DNA of 64,000 nt. Origin: Gemmatimonadota bacterium (GTDB lineage Bacteria > Gemmatimonadota > Gemmatimonadetes > Palauibacterales > Palauibacteraceae). The stretch lies in assembly GCA_046758745.1 (NCBI GenBank), contig JBHIAV010000003.1, positions 46,262-110,261 on the forward strand, written 5' to 3'. Positions 27,547 through 36,593 of the stretch are shown here, one piece after another. The notes beneath the pieces were generated by a model. The model had not been told where the DNA came from and ran no database searches. It worked only from the letters and a program-made list of their open reading frames with translations. Both the position numbers and the translations under genes were made by a program. Every line of letters starts with the position of its first letter. The stretch's first letter is position 1.

Positions 27547-28145
27547 GCTGGATCCGGAGCATCACGTACGGGGAGGCCACCGGGCGCCTCCGAAAGCTGT
27601 ACGACCGGATCGGCGGCCCCGGGTCCATCGACAACATCCTGAAGGTGCACGGGCTCCGGCCACACACGCTCGAGGGGCACATGGCCCTGTACAAGAGCGT
27701 CCTGCACCACTCCGGAAACCGGCTCCCGCCATGGCTGCTCGAAGCCGTCGCGGTCTACGTGAGTCTCCTCAACCGCTGCGACTACTGCGTGGAACACCAC
27801 TCGGCCGGTCTCCGACGGCTGCTGGGGGATGACCGCCGGACCGAGTCTATCCTCGCGGCTCTGCGGGAGAGAGAGCCGGAGCGAGTCCTCGAGGGGGTCG
27901 AGCTCGCCGCCCTTTGCTATGCCGAGGCGCTGACGCGCGATCCCGGCGCGCTCCGGGAGTCCGACCTCGAGGCGATGCGGGCGGTGGGGATGGACGACGG
28001 GATGATCCTCGAGGTGAACCAGGTCGCCAGCTATTTGGCCTACGCGAACCGCACCGTCCTGGGGCTGGGAGTCACCACGCGCGGCGACACGCTTGGCCTG
28101 GCGCCGCGCAGGGCGGACGACCCCGAAGACTGGCGGCACGGCTGA
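27543..28145 (+). CDS. AhpD/CMD-family peroxidase-related enzyme
   Basis: 'VSLLNRCDYCVEHH', 'LEVNQVASYLAYANR'. Confidence 0.9.
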   Translation: MSWIRSITYGEATGRLRKLYDRIGGPGSIDNILKVHGLRPHTLEGHMALYKSVLHHSGNRLPPWLLEAVAVYVSLLNRCDYCVEHHSAGLRRLLGDDRRTESILAALREREPERVLEGVELAALCYAEALTRDPGALRESDLEAMRAVGMDDGMILEVNQVASYLAYANRTVLGLGVTTRGDTLGLAPRRADDPEDWRHG

Positions 28146-28179
28146 GGGGGCGCGTCGGCGCTCTCGGCCGCGGTCCGGC

Positions 28180-28953
28180 TCAGGCGCACGCCGGCGACGG
28201 CAGCTTGACCGGCCGCAGCATGTAGTTGCGATCCTCCAGGATCGCGCCGGTCGCCTCGAAATATTCTTCCCAGAAGTCCTTCACGCGCTGCGCGGCCTCC
28301 GTGTCGACGCGCGCGCCCACCACCACGATGCACAGCCCGGTGAGGTCGGGCAGCGTGCCCCCCGCCTTCTCGGTCGCCACCCAGTCGGGAGGTGGCATCT
28401 TCCGGAGCCCCTCCATGTCGATGGTGCGGTTCGATTGGAGCATGTCGGAGAAGATGTACAGCGTGGCTTCTCGGTTCGGCCACGCTCGAAGCTCGGCCGC
28501 CACGTCGTGCAGTGTCGAGAGGATGTCGGTACCGTCGATGTGTTCCCTGTTCGCGGTATCGGTGAACGCCACCAGATAGTCCTGCGCATCCTTGAGGAAG
28601 CGCGCTCGGGTGATCGAGTCGCGGGCGAGCTCGAGTTGCTGCCACTGACGACGCGGCACGCTCTGGGCCCAGCGCTTCGGGGGCTCCTCGAGCGAGAGCT
28701 GAAGGAGCTGGAGGGCGGCGATCCGATCGTTGTGGGTGAGCTGGCCGATGCGCTCGTTCGTCAACTCCCGCGCCAGATCCAGCTGGTAGTCGTCGATGCT
28801 GGTAGAGCGGTCGTAGACGAAGATGACCAGCTCGGGCGGGCCCTCGGCGATCTCCGCTCCTCCCGCGGCGGATCCCTCCTGCGTGCAACCGGCGGCCAGC
28901 GGGGCCAGTGCAGCCACGCCGGCGATCCGGAGACGGAGCCCTCGGCGTCTCAC
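28180..28953 (-). CDS. Lipoprotein with a vWA-like (MIDAS) domain
   Basis: Lipobox LAAGC; 'VIFVYDRSTS' (DxSxS), 'GTD', 'LYIFSDM'. Confidence 0.7.
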   Translation of the reverse strand: MRRRGLRLRIAGVAALAPLAAGCTQEGSAAGGAEIAEGPPELVIFVYDRSTSIDDYQLDLARELTNERIGQLTHNDRIAALQLLQLSLEEPPKRWAQSVPRRQWQQLELARDSITRARFLKDAQDYLVAFTDTANREHIDGTDILSTLHDVAAELRAWPNREATLYIFSDMLQSNRTIDMEGLRKMPPPDWVATEKAGGTLPDLTGLCIVVVGARVDTEAAQRVKDFWEEYFEATGAILEDRNYMLRPVKLPSPACA

Positions 28954-30761
28954 CAGACGGTCGCCTCCTTGATGAAGCGGGTGCGGATCGCCTCGAAGCG
29001 CTCTTCCAGCCTGTGTCGCTCCGCCTCGTACTCCTCCGGATCACGCATCAACAGGGTGCGCGTCTCCTCCTCGGCGGCCTTGAGCTCCAGCTGAACGGGC
29101 TCCGCGAACGCCGGAATGGCACGGGGGTCCAGGCCCCGTGCCCGGCCGTTCTCCGCCCGAAACGTGGCGATCGCGGCCTCCAGCTCGTGCACCAGGGCCG
29201 GCCATTGCTTGAGCGGCCTCTCGGCCAGGAGGTTCTTGAGGTCGCGCGTGTGGTGCACGATCTCTGCCAGGAGTTCGGCGACCGCTCCGGCGGCTGCATC
29301 CCCGAGCTCGATGAGAGTCCGCCGTTCCCGCTCGAGCGGTCCTTCGTTGAACCGCTCGCGCCGCCGATCCCGCTGGTGGAAGTAGGAAGCCGAGATGGCG
29401 ACGAGCACCAGCGTGGTGTTGAGGAGCAGGATGGGAAAGCTGAGCCCGCTCATCGACGCCGCGTACTCACGCTGTTCCGTAGCCAGGGCCTCCAAGTCGT
29501 CGGCTCGGTTGGCCTGCTCGTTTGCGGCCACCAGGTTGCCCTCCACGCGGAGCCAGCTCGCCGTCCTGCGGAGCTCCTCGATGACGGCGCTGTCCTGCTC
29601 GAAGCGGTTTTCCGCCACCTGGCCGAGCGTGACCCGCGCCTCGAACAGAACTCCGATGACCAGGGCCAGGCCGAGACCCGCAATGCCCATCGGCACGACG
29701 TGCTCGCGCGTCGAGCGCGGCGACACGGTCTCGCTTTCCCTCCCGGATCCTGTCTGGACCAGATAGGATCGCAGAGACTGCCCGAAGAAATGAGCGAGGA
29801 CGCACAGGAACGTGACGACGCCGGCGGCGAGAAGGGCAGCGTCCGGGCGCAGTATGAACTGGGACACGACGCGAGCCGCCCCCGCCAGCCATCCCTCGCT
29901 CGTCTCGGCCACCAACCTGAGCTGTCGTTCCGTCAGGGGGTCGCGGGGAAGCAGGGCGCCGAACACCGGGGCGTTGGCCAGAAACTCCACCAGCCCAAGG
30001 AAGCCGATCGCCAGGGCATACCACCGTGTCCTGAAGCCTCGCTCCTCCTCGACCTCCGGCTTTTCGTCCGCTATTTCCTCGGCGATCAGCTCCTTCCGCG
30101 TCTCCCAACGTGCCTTCAGACGAAAGAGCTCATTCGTCGTTCGCTCGAACCGGTCGATTCCGAGACCCACGCGTCCCAGCTTCTCGGCCGTCGCCCGCTC
30201 GGTGCGGGCGACGAGCGAGTTGAGGCGATCCCGCTCCCGCGCCTGCCAGCCCTCGAAGAGGGCGGAGCACCGGTCACGCAGTTCCTGCTCGGACTCGGAG
30301 CGGCCGGACACGTCGGCGCTCGGCAGGCCGGCGTCGGCATCCCGACGCGCCGTCTCGACCGCCTCGAGTCGGAGGCGGTGCAGCGCGACCGCGATGTCGT
30401 CCGCGAAGGTGGGCTTCGGTTCCTTTCGAGACGCTCCGGCGCGCTTCTCCTCGGAGGCCCGTTCCGGCTCCGAGAGGACGGTCGCGACCTCGGAAGCGGC
30501 CAGGGCGACCGCGGCCGGCCTAGTCGGGGCCGCTACCCGCCCCTGACCCGTCGGCTCGCCACCCTCGTGGGCCGCGCGCTCCACGACCTCCGACCAGCTC
30601 GAGGGGTCGGCGGGGGCCGACTCGTGCGAGGAACCCGGCTCGGGGATGCGATCGAGCCAGGACGGAATCTCTCTCTCTTCCCGGGCGCCCCGGCGCTCTC
30701 GCTCGCTGGCTCTCATCCTCTTGCCATCTCGACGGTCACTCCTCGTCCAATCGCGTCCCAT
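28950..30761 (-). CDS. Uncharacterised membrane protein with about four TM helices and long coiled-coil regions
   Basis: Disordered N-terminus, Glu/Arg/Leu-rich helices, four hydrophobic segments; GTGA overlap with the vWA gene. Confidence 0.8.
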   Translation of the reverse strand: MGRDWTRSDRRDGKRMRASERERRGAREEREIPSWLDRIPEPGSSHESAPADPSSWSEVVERAAHEGGEPTGQGRVAAPTRPAAVALAASEVATVLSEPERASEEKRAGASRKEPKPTFADDIAVALHRLRLEAVETARRDADAGLPSADVSGRSESEQELRDRCSALFEGWQARERDRLNSLVARTERATAEKLGRVGLGIDRFERTTNELFRLKARWETRKELIAEEIADEKPEVEEERGFRTRWYALAIGFLGLVEFLANAPVFGALLPRDPLTERQLRLVAETSEGWLAGAARVVSQFILRPDAALLAAGVVTFLCVLAHFFGQSLRSYLVQTGSGRESETVSPRSTREHVVPMGIAGLGLALVIGVLFEARVTLGQVAENRFEQDSAVIEELRRTASWLRVEGNLVAANEQANRADDLEALATEQREYAASMSGLSFPILLLNTTLVLVAISASYFHQRDRRRERFNEGPLERERRTLIELGDAAAGAVAELLAEIVHHTRDLKNLLAERPLKQWPALVHELEAAIATFRAENGRARGLDPRAIPAFAEPVQLELKAAEEETRTLLMRDPEEYEAERHRLEERFEAIRTRFIKEATVW

Positions 30762-30882
30762 GAAGCCTCTCCGCCTCGTTCGTCGCTCTCCTGGCGCGGT
30801 CGCGAAACCGCTGGAGGGCGCGGGGTCTTCGCATCAGGGCCACGGTCGGACCCTGCCGTGGTCAGCCGGAGAAACGACCGTT

Positions 30883-30898
30883 GGCAAGAAGGCTGCCA
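30883..30898 (-). promoter_or_regulatory. Sigma54 (-24/-12) promoter for the coiled-coil/vWA operon
   Basis: Minus strand TGGCAGCCTTCTTGCC, GG-N10-GC; palindrome GGAAAA-G-TTTTCC about 100 nt upstream. Confidence 0.65.
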
Positions 30899-31144
30899 GA
30901 CACGGCTCCCGGCGGGGACTCCTGCCACCGCCATGTAGCGCTGGGACTTAAGTTGAGTTTTTCCGGAGGCGCCGTACGGCATTCGTGGGAAAAGTTTTCC
31001 GAGCGACGAGCCAGGTAGCCTGCCCGCAATCGCCGATACGAGACCGCCGGTAAGGGTAACCAGCGAAACGTGCGGGGAGATCACCCCCCTGAGGGGATGC
31101 CCGCTCCCCGCATCGCCGACATGGAGCGTGGCGCCACTCGGGGC

Positions 31145-31369
31145 TCAGCAGAGCCGCTCGCGGTGAATCTCGCGCGCCATCGCCTGGGCCGCTTCGGCCA
31201 GGGCCTTCTCGACCCGAAGCAGGGCGTGCTGCAGTATTCGGTCGACCTCCGCCTCGTTCTTCCGCGACATCGCCAGCCGCTCGGCCGACACCACGATCTC
31301 GTCGACCCTGGCCCGTACGTCGTTCTTGATGGCGTGGAGCAGAGCCTCGGTGGTCGGGCTGTACCCCAT
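31145..31369 (-). CDS. Small helical hypothetical protein (74 aa)
   Basis: GGGAGG RBS; amphipathic helices; GC-biased codons. Confidence 0.7.
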   Translation of the reverse strand: MGYSPTTEALLHAIKNDVRARVDEIVVSAERLAMSRKNEAEVDRILQHALLRVEKALAEAAQAMAREIHRERLC

Positions 31370-31425
31370 GTTTTCCTCCCGCGCAGCCGGGGCTTCAGGC
31401 CTCGGCCGTCCTGCACGCGCTCGAT

Positions 31426-31587
31426 TTATGTCCGTTTGTTCACGATCCGGCGCACCACCCACAGCCACAGGGCGAGCGAGGCCGCCACGAACACCAGCAG
31501 CTCGTGGGAGGCCAGGAAGTCGACCAGCATCTCCCAGGCCCGCTGCCACAGCGGAGTCGGATGCGTCGGATCGCTCTGGTACAGCAT
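31426..31587 (-). CDS. Small single-TM hypothetical protein (53 aa)
   Basis: AG-rich RBS; one TM segment followed by a basic tail. Confidence 0.55.
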   Translation of the reverse strand: MLYQSDPTHPTPLWQRAWEMLVDFLASHELLVFVAASLALWLWVVRRIVNKRT

Positions 31588-31708
31588 TCTCTCTCTCTCG
31601 GGGTCCGGGAGAGTGGTCGGTGCGGTACCGCCGCTCAGACCGATGGAGGCATCCCGGAGCGGGTGCACGCCGCCCGGGTGCCCCGGGTCCTTCGAGCGCC
31701 TCAGGAGG

Positions 31709-31723
31709 GCAAGGCCATGGCCA
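31709..31723 (-). promoter_or_regulatory. Putative sigma54 promoter for the two small ORFs
   Basis: Minus strand TGGCCATGGCCTTGC, GG-N10-GC; AT tract at 31747-31760 upstream. Confidence 0.5.
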
Positions 31724-32059
31724 GGGGGGCGGGCTGTGTGCTTCCCTATTTATTTTATTACTCTGCTTGCCGTTACGTCATTTATCGGTCCCTGCTGTGG
31801 CGCCCGCGCCGCACCCTCCTGTGGACCGACCATGGCAAAAAGCGCGGCCCGGTTGCAGAACGGGACCGCGCATGGTGCGGCGCGTCGACCATCCGATTCC
31901 GGGGCGAGGAGCGCGGCGGCATCCCGCGCGGATGGACCGAGCGACGTTGAGGGGCCGTTGACGCCCGTCACGCACCGTCCCCCCGTGGGCCGAGGACGGA
32001 GAGAGGCGGCGTCCGCCGGCTCCGCCGTCGCACGGGTCGGGAGGCCGGGAGGAAGTGGA

Positions 32060-33232
32060 GTGAGGGAAAGAGCGGGTGCGAAGCGGCGGACGGTGCGAGG
32101 GAGGGATGCGGCTGTCGATGTGCCGCCACCGTCGCGAGATCGGGAGTCGCACGCCTGCGCGTGCGGGCGAGCGAGAGGCGTACCCCGCGGCTTCGCCCTC
32201 CCGACGACGCTCCTCGCCCTCATCGGCTTGACCGCCCTGGCCACGGCCGGTTTCCTGGTGTCCGCGTTCGAGCGCCGCATCAGCGAGGCGCATGCGACGA
32301 GCGTGAACGCCTTTCAGGCGGCCCGGGCGGGGCTCGAGACTTTCCTCGGGGAGGAAGGGGAGCCCGAAGGGACGACGCGCACCTTCTCGTTCCCGGATGG
32401 ATCGGCAGTGGTCACCGGAACCCGACTCCTGACCGTCGACAGCGGTCGGGTCCTCCTCTTGGTCGCTTCCGACGGCTCGGCCGGTCCCTCGGCGCGGAGG
32501 GGGGCCCGTCGCTACGTGCGACTCGTCGCCCTGCTGCGCGATCGCTACCTGCGCCCGCCGGCCGCCCTCGCTTCGGCCGTCGGAATCACCGTGCCGGGAA
32601 CTCCCGATGAGATCTCGGGCTTCGACGCCGCGGCACCAGGCGAATGCCCGGCGGCGCCGGCTCCCGCCACCGCGGGGATCGCGGTTCCAACAGGGGGCTA
32701 CGAGAACCCCGGGGCCTCCACGGCCGCCGTCGGCTCCCCCGACATCCAGGAGGCGGGAAGCGCGATCGAGCTCTTCGCCGGAACGGGGCTCGACTGGCCG
32801 GCCCTCGCGCCTCTGCTTGCCTCCGAGGCCGAGGTCACCGTCATGGAGAACGAATGGCCGGATTTCTCGCTCGTCGGGCCGGGCCGGTGGCCCCTGATCG
32901 CCATACCAGCGAAGGAACTTTCGCTCGGGCCCGCGCACAGCGGCAACGGGACGATCGTCGCCCTCGGCGATCTCACGCTCGAGAGCGGGTTCGAGTGGAG
33001 GGGCGTGATCCTGGTCGGCGGGCGGCTCTCCCTCGAGGGACCTGTCGTCCTCGAGGGAACGGCGGCCGGTGGGCTGAACGCTCTAGGCGGCGAGGTCACC
33101 GAACAGACGTGGATCGTCGGCGCGGGCGCCGTGATCCGCTATCAGTCCTGTGCCGTCGCGGCGGCTCTCGACGGCTGGCCGTTCGGCCTGGCCGAGGTGC
33201 CAGGCAGTCGGTACGAGTCATTCGGACCGTGA
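32060..33232 (+). CDS. PilX-like type IV minor pilin (start uncertain)
   Basis: Prepilin-type 'RG/FALPTTLLALIGLTALATAG' lacking Glu5; 'AFQAARAGLE'; C-terminal 'GVILVGG..L.G' beta repeats. Confidence 0.7.
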   Translation: MRERAGAKRRTVRGRDAAVDVPPPSRDRESHACACGRARGVPRGFALPTTLLALIGLTALATAGFLVSAFERRISEAHATSVNAFQAARAGLETFLGEEGEPEGTTRTFSFPDGSAVVTGTRLLTVDSGRVLLLVASDGSAGPSARRGARRYVRLVALLRDRYLRPPAALASAVGITVPGTPDEISGFDAAAPGECPAAPAPATAGIAVPTGGYENPGASTAAVGSPDIQEAGSAIELFAGTGLDWPALAPLLASEAEVTVMENEWPDFSLVGPGRWPLIAIPAKELSLGPAHSGNGTIVALGDLTLESGFEWRGVILVGGRLSLEGPVVLEGTAAGGLNALGGEVTEQTWIVGAGAVIRYQSCAVAAALDGWPFGLAEVPGSRYESFGP

Positions 33233-33366
33233 CCGAACGCCTCCCGGCGACCGGCCCGCCGATGTCACGGCTCGTCCCGCGCGTGGTGCCTGCGGCGAGC
33301 TCGGATCCTCCCGACCGGTCGCACGTGACGGAACCCCGCCTTCGCGAGCTCCACACGATCCGCCGG

Positions 33367-34221
33367 TCAGGGCAGCCAGCGTCTGAGGAGCTCGAGCAGG
33401 TCGCCCGGATTCTCGAGGTTCACCCAGTGCCCCCCCGGCACACGATGGAGATGCAGCGTCCGGGTCCGCTTCGAGCCATCCTCGATGCGGGCGCAGGCCT
33501 CTTCCGTCAGCACGTCGGACGCTTCGGCCTTCACCACATGGATGGAGACCTCGCCCGGCGGATCGAGGACGATGGACCACACATCGCTTCGGAAGAAGTC
33601 CGCGAGGAGCTCGGCCATCGCCTCCACTTCGAAGCGCCAGGCGTAGGCGGAGTCCCGTGGCTCCAGGTTGGTGGCCATCCACTCCGCCACTGACCGGCCG
33701 AAGCCGCGTCCTTCGAGCGCCCGGACGGCTTCGCGACGGGTCTCGAATGTCGGGGGCAGCTCGCGAAGCGCGGCGAGCATCTCGGCGGCGCTCCCGCGCG
33801 GCGGACCCGCGTCGGGCGTCGAGTCCACCACCCAGATCTGGCGAGGTCGTGGCGGTCCAGCAGCCAGCGCGGCGAGCGCGACCTTACCGCCGAAAGAATG
33901 CCCGAGGAGAGCGATCTCCCCGGCACCAAGTCGCGCCGCTAGCCGCCTCACGTCGGCAGCACAGGCGGCGAGCGTGTGGGGCGGCGCGAAGCCCCGTGAG
34001 TCCCCGTGCAGGCGCAGGTCCACCAGCACCGCGCCCCAGTCGGGACGAGCCTCCACCAGCCTGCGCGCGAACGAGGCCCAATTGCGGCCGGCCCCGAAGA
34101 TCCCGTGCAGGAAGAGGAGCCATCGCCCCGGCTCCGCCCCGGCCGAGACCCGAGCGTGGCTCAACAGGGGAGGCACGGATCCCATCGCCTCGCGGAGGGC
34201 ACGCGCCCGGCGGGACGCCAC
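33367..34221 (-). CDS. Alpha/beta hydrolase (YbfF/ABHD11-like esterase)
   Basis: 'FLHGIFGAGRNW', 'DLRLHGDS', 'GHSFGGK', 'GHWVNLENP'. Confidence 0.9.
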   Translation of the reverse strand: MASRRARALREAMGSVPPLLSHARVSAGAEPGRWLLFLHGIFGAGRNWASFARRLVEARPDWGAVLVDLRLHGDSRGFAPPHTLAACAADVRRLAARLGAGEIALLGHSFGGKVALAALAAGPPRPRQIWVVDSTPDAGPPRGSAAEMLAALRELPPTFETRREAVRALEGRGFGRSVAEWMATNLEPRDSAYAWRFEVEAMAELLADFFRSDVWSIVLDPPGEVSIHVVKAEASDVLTEEACARIEDGSKRTRTLHLHRVPGGHWVNLENPGDLLELLRRWLP

Positions 34222-34254
34222 GAACGGACCGCTGCGCGCCCGACCTCTCCCTCG

Positions 34255-35229
34255 CTACGCCTGGGCCCGCACCCGGAACGGTCCCATGATGTTCTCGATG
34301 CGAAGCAGGGCGTCGTGATCGAGATCGATCTCGGCCGCCGCGACGTTCTCCTCCACCTGCTTCACGCTCGTCGCACCCACGATGGCGGAGGCAATGCCCG
34401 GTTGCCGGAGCGTCCACGCCAGGGCGAGCTGAGCCGTGGAGAGCCCGAGAGGCCCCGCCACCTCCCGACCGAGCTTCTGTACCGCCTCGAGCACGTCCTC
34501 GGCCAGCGACTCGGTCATGAAGGCACTGGCCGCGTCGTCGGCCCCTCGGCTGCCGGTGGGAGGCGGCCTGCCGGGGAGGTATTTGCCCGTGAGGGCGCCG
34601 CCGGCCAGGGGGCTCCACACCACCTGACCAACGCCCTCGGCGAGGGAGCGAGGGACCACCTCCTCTTCTATGCCGCGAGCGATGAGGGAGTACTGCGGCT
34701 GGTTGCTGACGAGCCGGCGAAGGCCGAGGCGCTCCTGGATGCGGAGTGCGTCCGTGATCTGGGCTGCGCTCCACTGGCTGACCCCGGCGTACAGGATCTT
34801 CCCCTGGGTGATCAGATCGTCCAGCGCTCGCAGCGTCTCCTCCAGCGGCACGGTCTCGTCGTAGCGGTGGCACTGGTACAGGTCCACGTACTCTAGATCG
34901 AGTCGACGGAGGGACGCGTGACACTGCTCCATGATGTGCTTTCGCGAGAGGCCTCGGTCGTTCGCTCCCTCGCCCACCGGGAAGAAGACCTTTGTCGCGA
35001 CGACCACGTCCGACCGCGGGATGCGGCGCAGCCAGCGGCCGAGGGTGTTCTCCGCCTCACCCCGCGCGTACACGTTCGCGGTGTCGAAGAAGTTGACGCC
35101 GAGCTCGTAGGCCCTCGTCAGGCAAGCCTCCGCCGTGCCGTCGGGGACGCTCCGCCCGTAGGTGAGCCACGAGCCAAGGCCGATGACGCTCACCCGTAGC
35201 CCCGAGCTGCCAAGTGCGCGGTATCTCAT
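34255..35229 (-). CDS. Aldo/keto reductase (Kv-beta-like)
   Basis: 'FFDTANVY', 'VVATK', 'DLYQCH', 'WSPLAGGALTGKY'. Confidence 0.95.
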   Translation of the reverse strand: MRYRALGSSGLRVSVIGLGSWLTYGRSVPDGTAEACLTRAYELGVNFFDTANVYARGEAENTLGRWLRRIPRSDVVVATKVFFPVGEGANDRGLSRKHIMEQCHASLRRLDLEYVDLYQCHRYDETVPLEETLRALDDLITQGKILYAGVSQWSAAQITDALRIQERLGLRRLVSNQPQYSLIARGIEEEVVPRSLAEGVGQVVWSPLAGGALTGKYLPGRPPPTGSRGADDAASAFMTESLAEDVLEAVQKLGREVAGPLGLSTAQLALAWTLRQPGIASAIVGATSVKQVEENVAAAEIDLDHDALLRIENIMGPFRVRAQA

Positions 35230-35372
35230 CTACGCCTCTTCCGCCTCCGGCTCCTCATGTTCGACCCTCCCGCGGTCCGATCGTCGACCTCAACGGTCGG
35301 CTTCGTGTGGCTTGCCCGCCGACCGACCCCGGGGTCAGCTTCTCTTGGATGGGAACCAGGAGCTCGTCCACG

Positions 35373-36593
35373 ATGCCACCGACCGAGGTCTTGGACAACA
35401 CAGCCCGGGGTGGGCCGGAATGGGCGCGGTCTCCTTTCCGACCGCCGTGGTGGCTCTCCGGGCCGCATCTCCAGACCTTGGCCGGTCGGCGGCTCCGGCC
35501 ACGCTCCGGAGTCCACTACCGCCGCGAGCGCATCGAAACGCCGGACGGCGATTTTCTCGATCTCGATTTCGCGTCGGGGGGAGACGGGAGGAGCGGGGGC
35601 GGGCCTTCGCCCTTCGTCCTGCTCCTTCACGGCCTCGAGGGCAGCTCATCCTCGGGGTACATGCTGGAGAGCTGCCGGCTCCTCGCCGGGCGGGGGCTTC
35701 GTCCGATCGCGCTCAACTTCCGCTCGCGGAGCGGAGAACCGAATCTCACCCGCCGATTCTATCATTCGGGAGAGACGGGGGACCTCGACCACGCGATCGG
35801 CGTTCTGGCTAATCGCCTGCCGGACGCCGAGTTCGGCATCCTCGGCTACTCGCTGGGGGGCAACGTCCTGCTCAAGTACCTCGGTGAGCGCGGCGAGGAG
35901 ACGCACCCGCGACTGCGGGCAGCGTGCGCCGTATCTGTGCCGTTCGATCTGGCGGCGAGCGCGCGCCATCTCCAGCGGGGCCTCGGCCGCCTGTACAGCC
36001 GGTTGTTCCTCCGATCGCTGCGCCGGAATATCCGGGCGAAAGCCGCTCTCTTCCCGGGCGCCTACGATCTGCAGGCGGCCGCGCGGGCCCGTACCCTCTG
36101 GGAGTTCGATGACGCCGTCACCGCCCCGGTGCACGGCTTCGTGGATGCAGCGGACTACTATTCCCGCTCGAGCTCGGCCGCGTACCTGACCAGGATCCGG
36201 GTGCCCACACTTCTCCTTCAGGCGGCCGACGACCCGTTCGTCCCCCGCGACTCGCTCCCCGTGGCCTCGATGCGGGCAAACCCGTGGCTCTCCGCCGCTC
36301 TCACCCGGCGCGGAGGTCACCTCGGATTCGTGACTCGCGATCGAGCTGGGCGATGGGTCTTTTGGGCGGAGCGCGAGGCGGCCCGGTTTCTGGCAAGCCA
36401 TCTGACGCCCTCCGCCCGATGCTTCGGCGTGGGCAAGAGCCGGGGAGACGGGACGGCGCCGCCGGCGGGGGAGAGGAGGCCCCGCCCGTCATCGCCGGAA
36501 CGGTCCGGCACCCACCACGTCCCGCCACCCACGGGATCTCGAAGGTACCAAGCGGAACTAAGCACGGGGTCGCGGGCGGACCGCACGCCGTGA
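35373..36593 (+). CDS. YheT-family alpha/beta hydrolase
   Basis: 'PHLQTL', 'TPDGDFLDLD', 'LHGLEGSS', 'GYSLGGN', 'DDPFV', 'GGHLGF'. Confidence 0.92.
   Translation: MPPTEVLDNTARGGPEWARSPFRPPWWLSGPHLQTLAGRRLRPRSGVHYRRERIETPDGDFLDLDFASGGDGRSGGGPSPFVLLLHGLEGSSSSGYMLESCRLLAGRGLRPIALNFRSRSGEPNLTRRFYHSGETGDLDHAIGVLANRLPDAEFGILGYSLGGNVLLKYLGERGEETHPRLRAACAVSVPFDLAASARHLQRGLGRLYSRLFLRSLRRNIRAKAALFPGAYDLQAAARARTLWEFDDAVTAPVHGFVDAADYYSRSSSAAYLTRIRVPTLLLQAADDPFVPRDSLPVASMRANPWLSAALTRRGGHLGFVTRDRAGRWVFWAEREAARFLASHLTPSARCFGVGKSRGDGTAPPAGERRPRPSSPERSGTHHVPPPTGSRRYQAELSTGSRADRTP

Noticed and set aside
31070-32059. N-terminal 330 aa of the 720-aa ORF
   Set aside because: Overlaps two better-supported minus-strand small genes and promoter DNA; only the PilX-like portion looks coding
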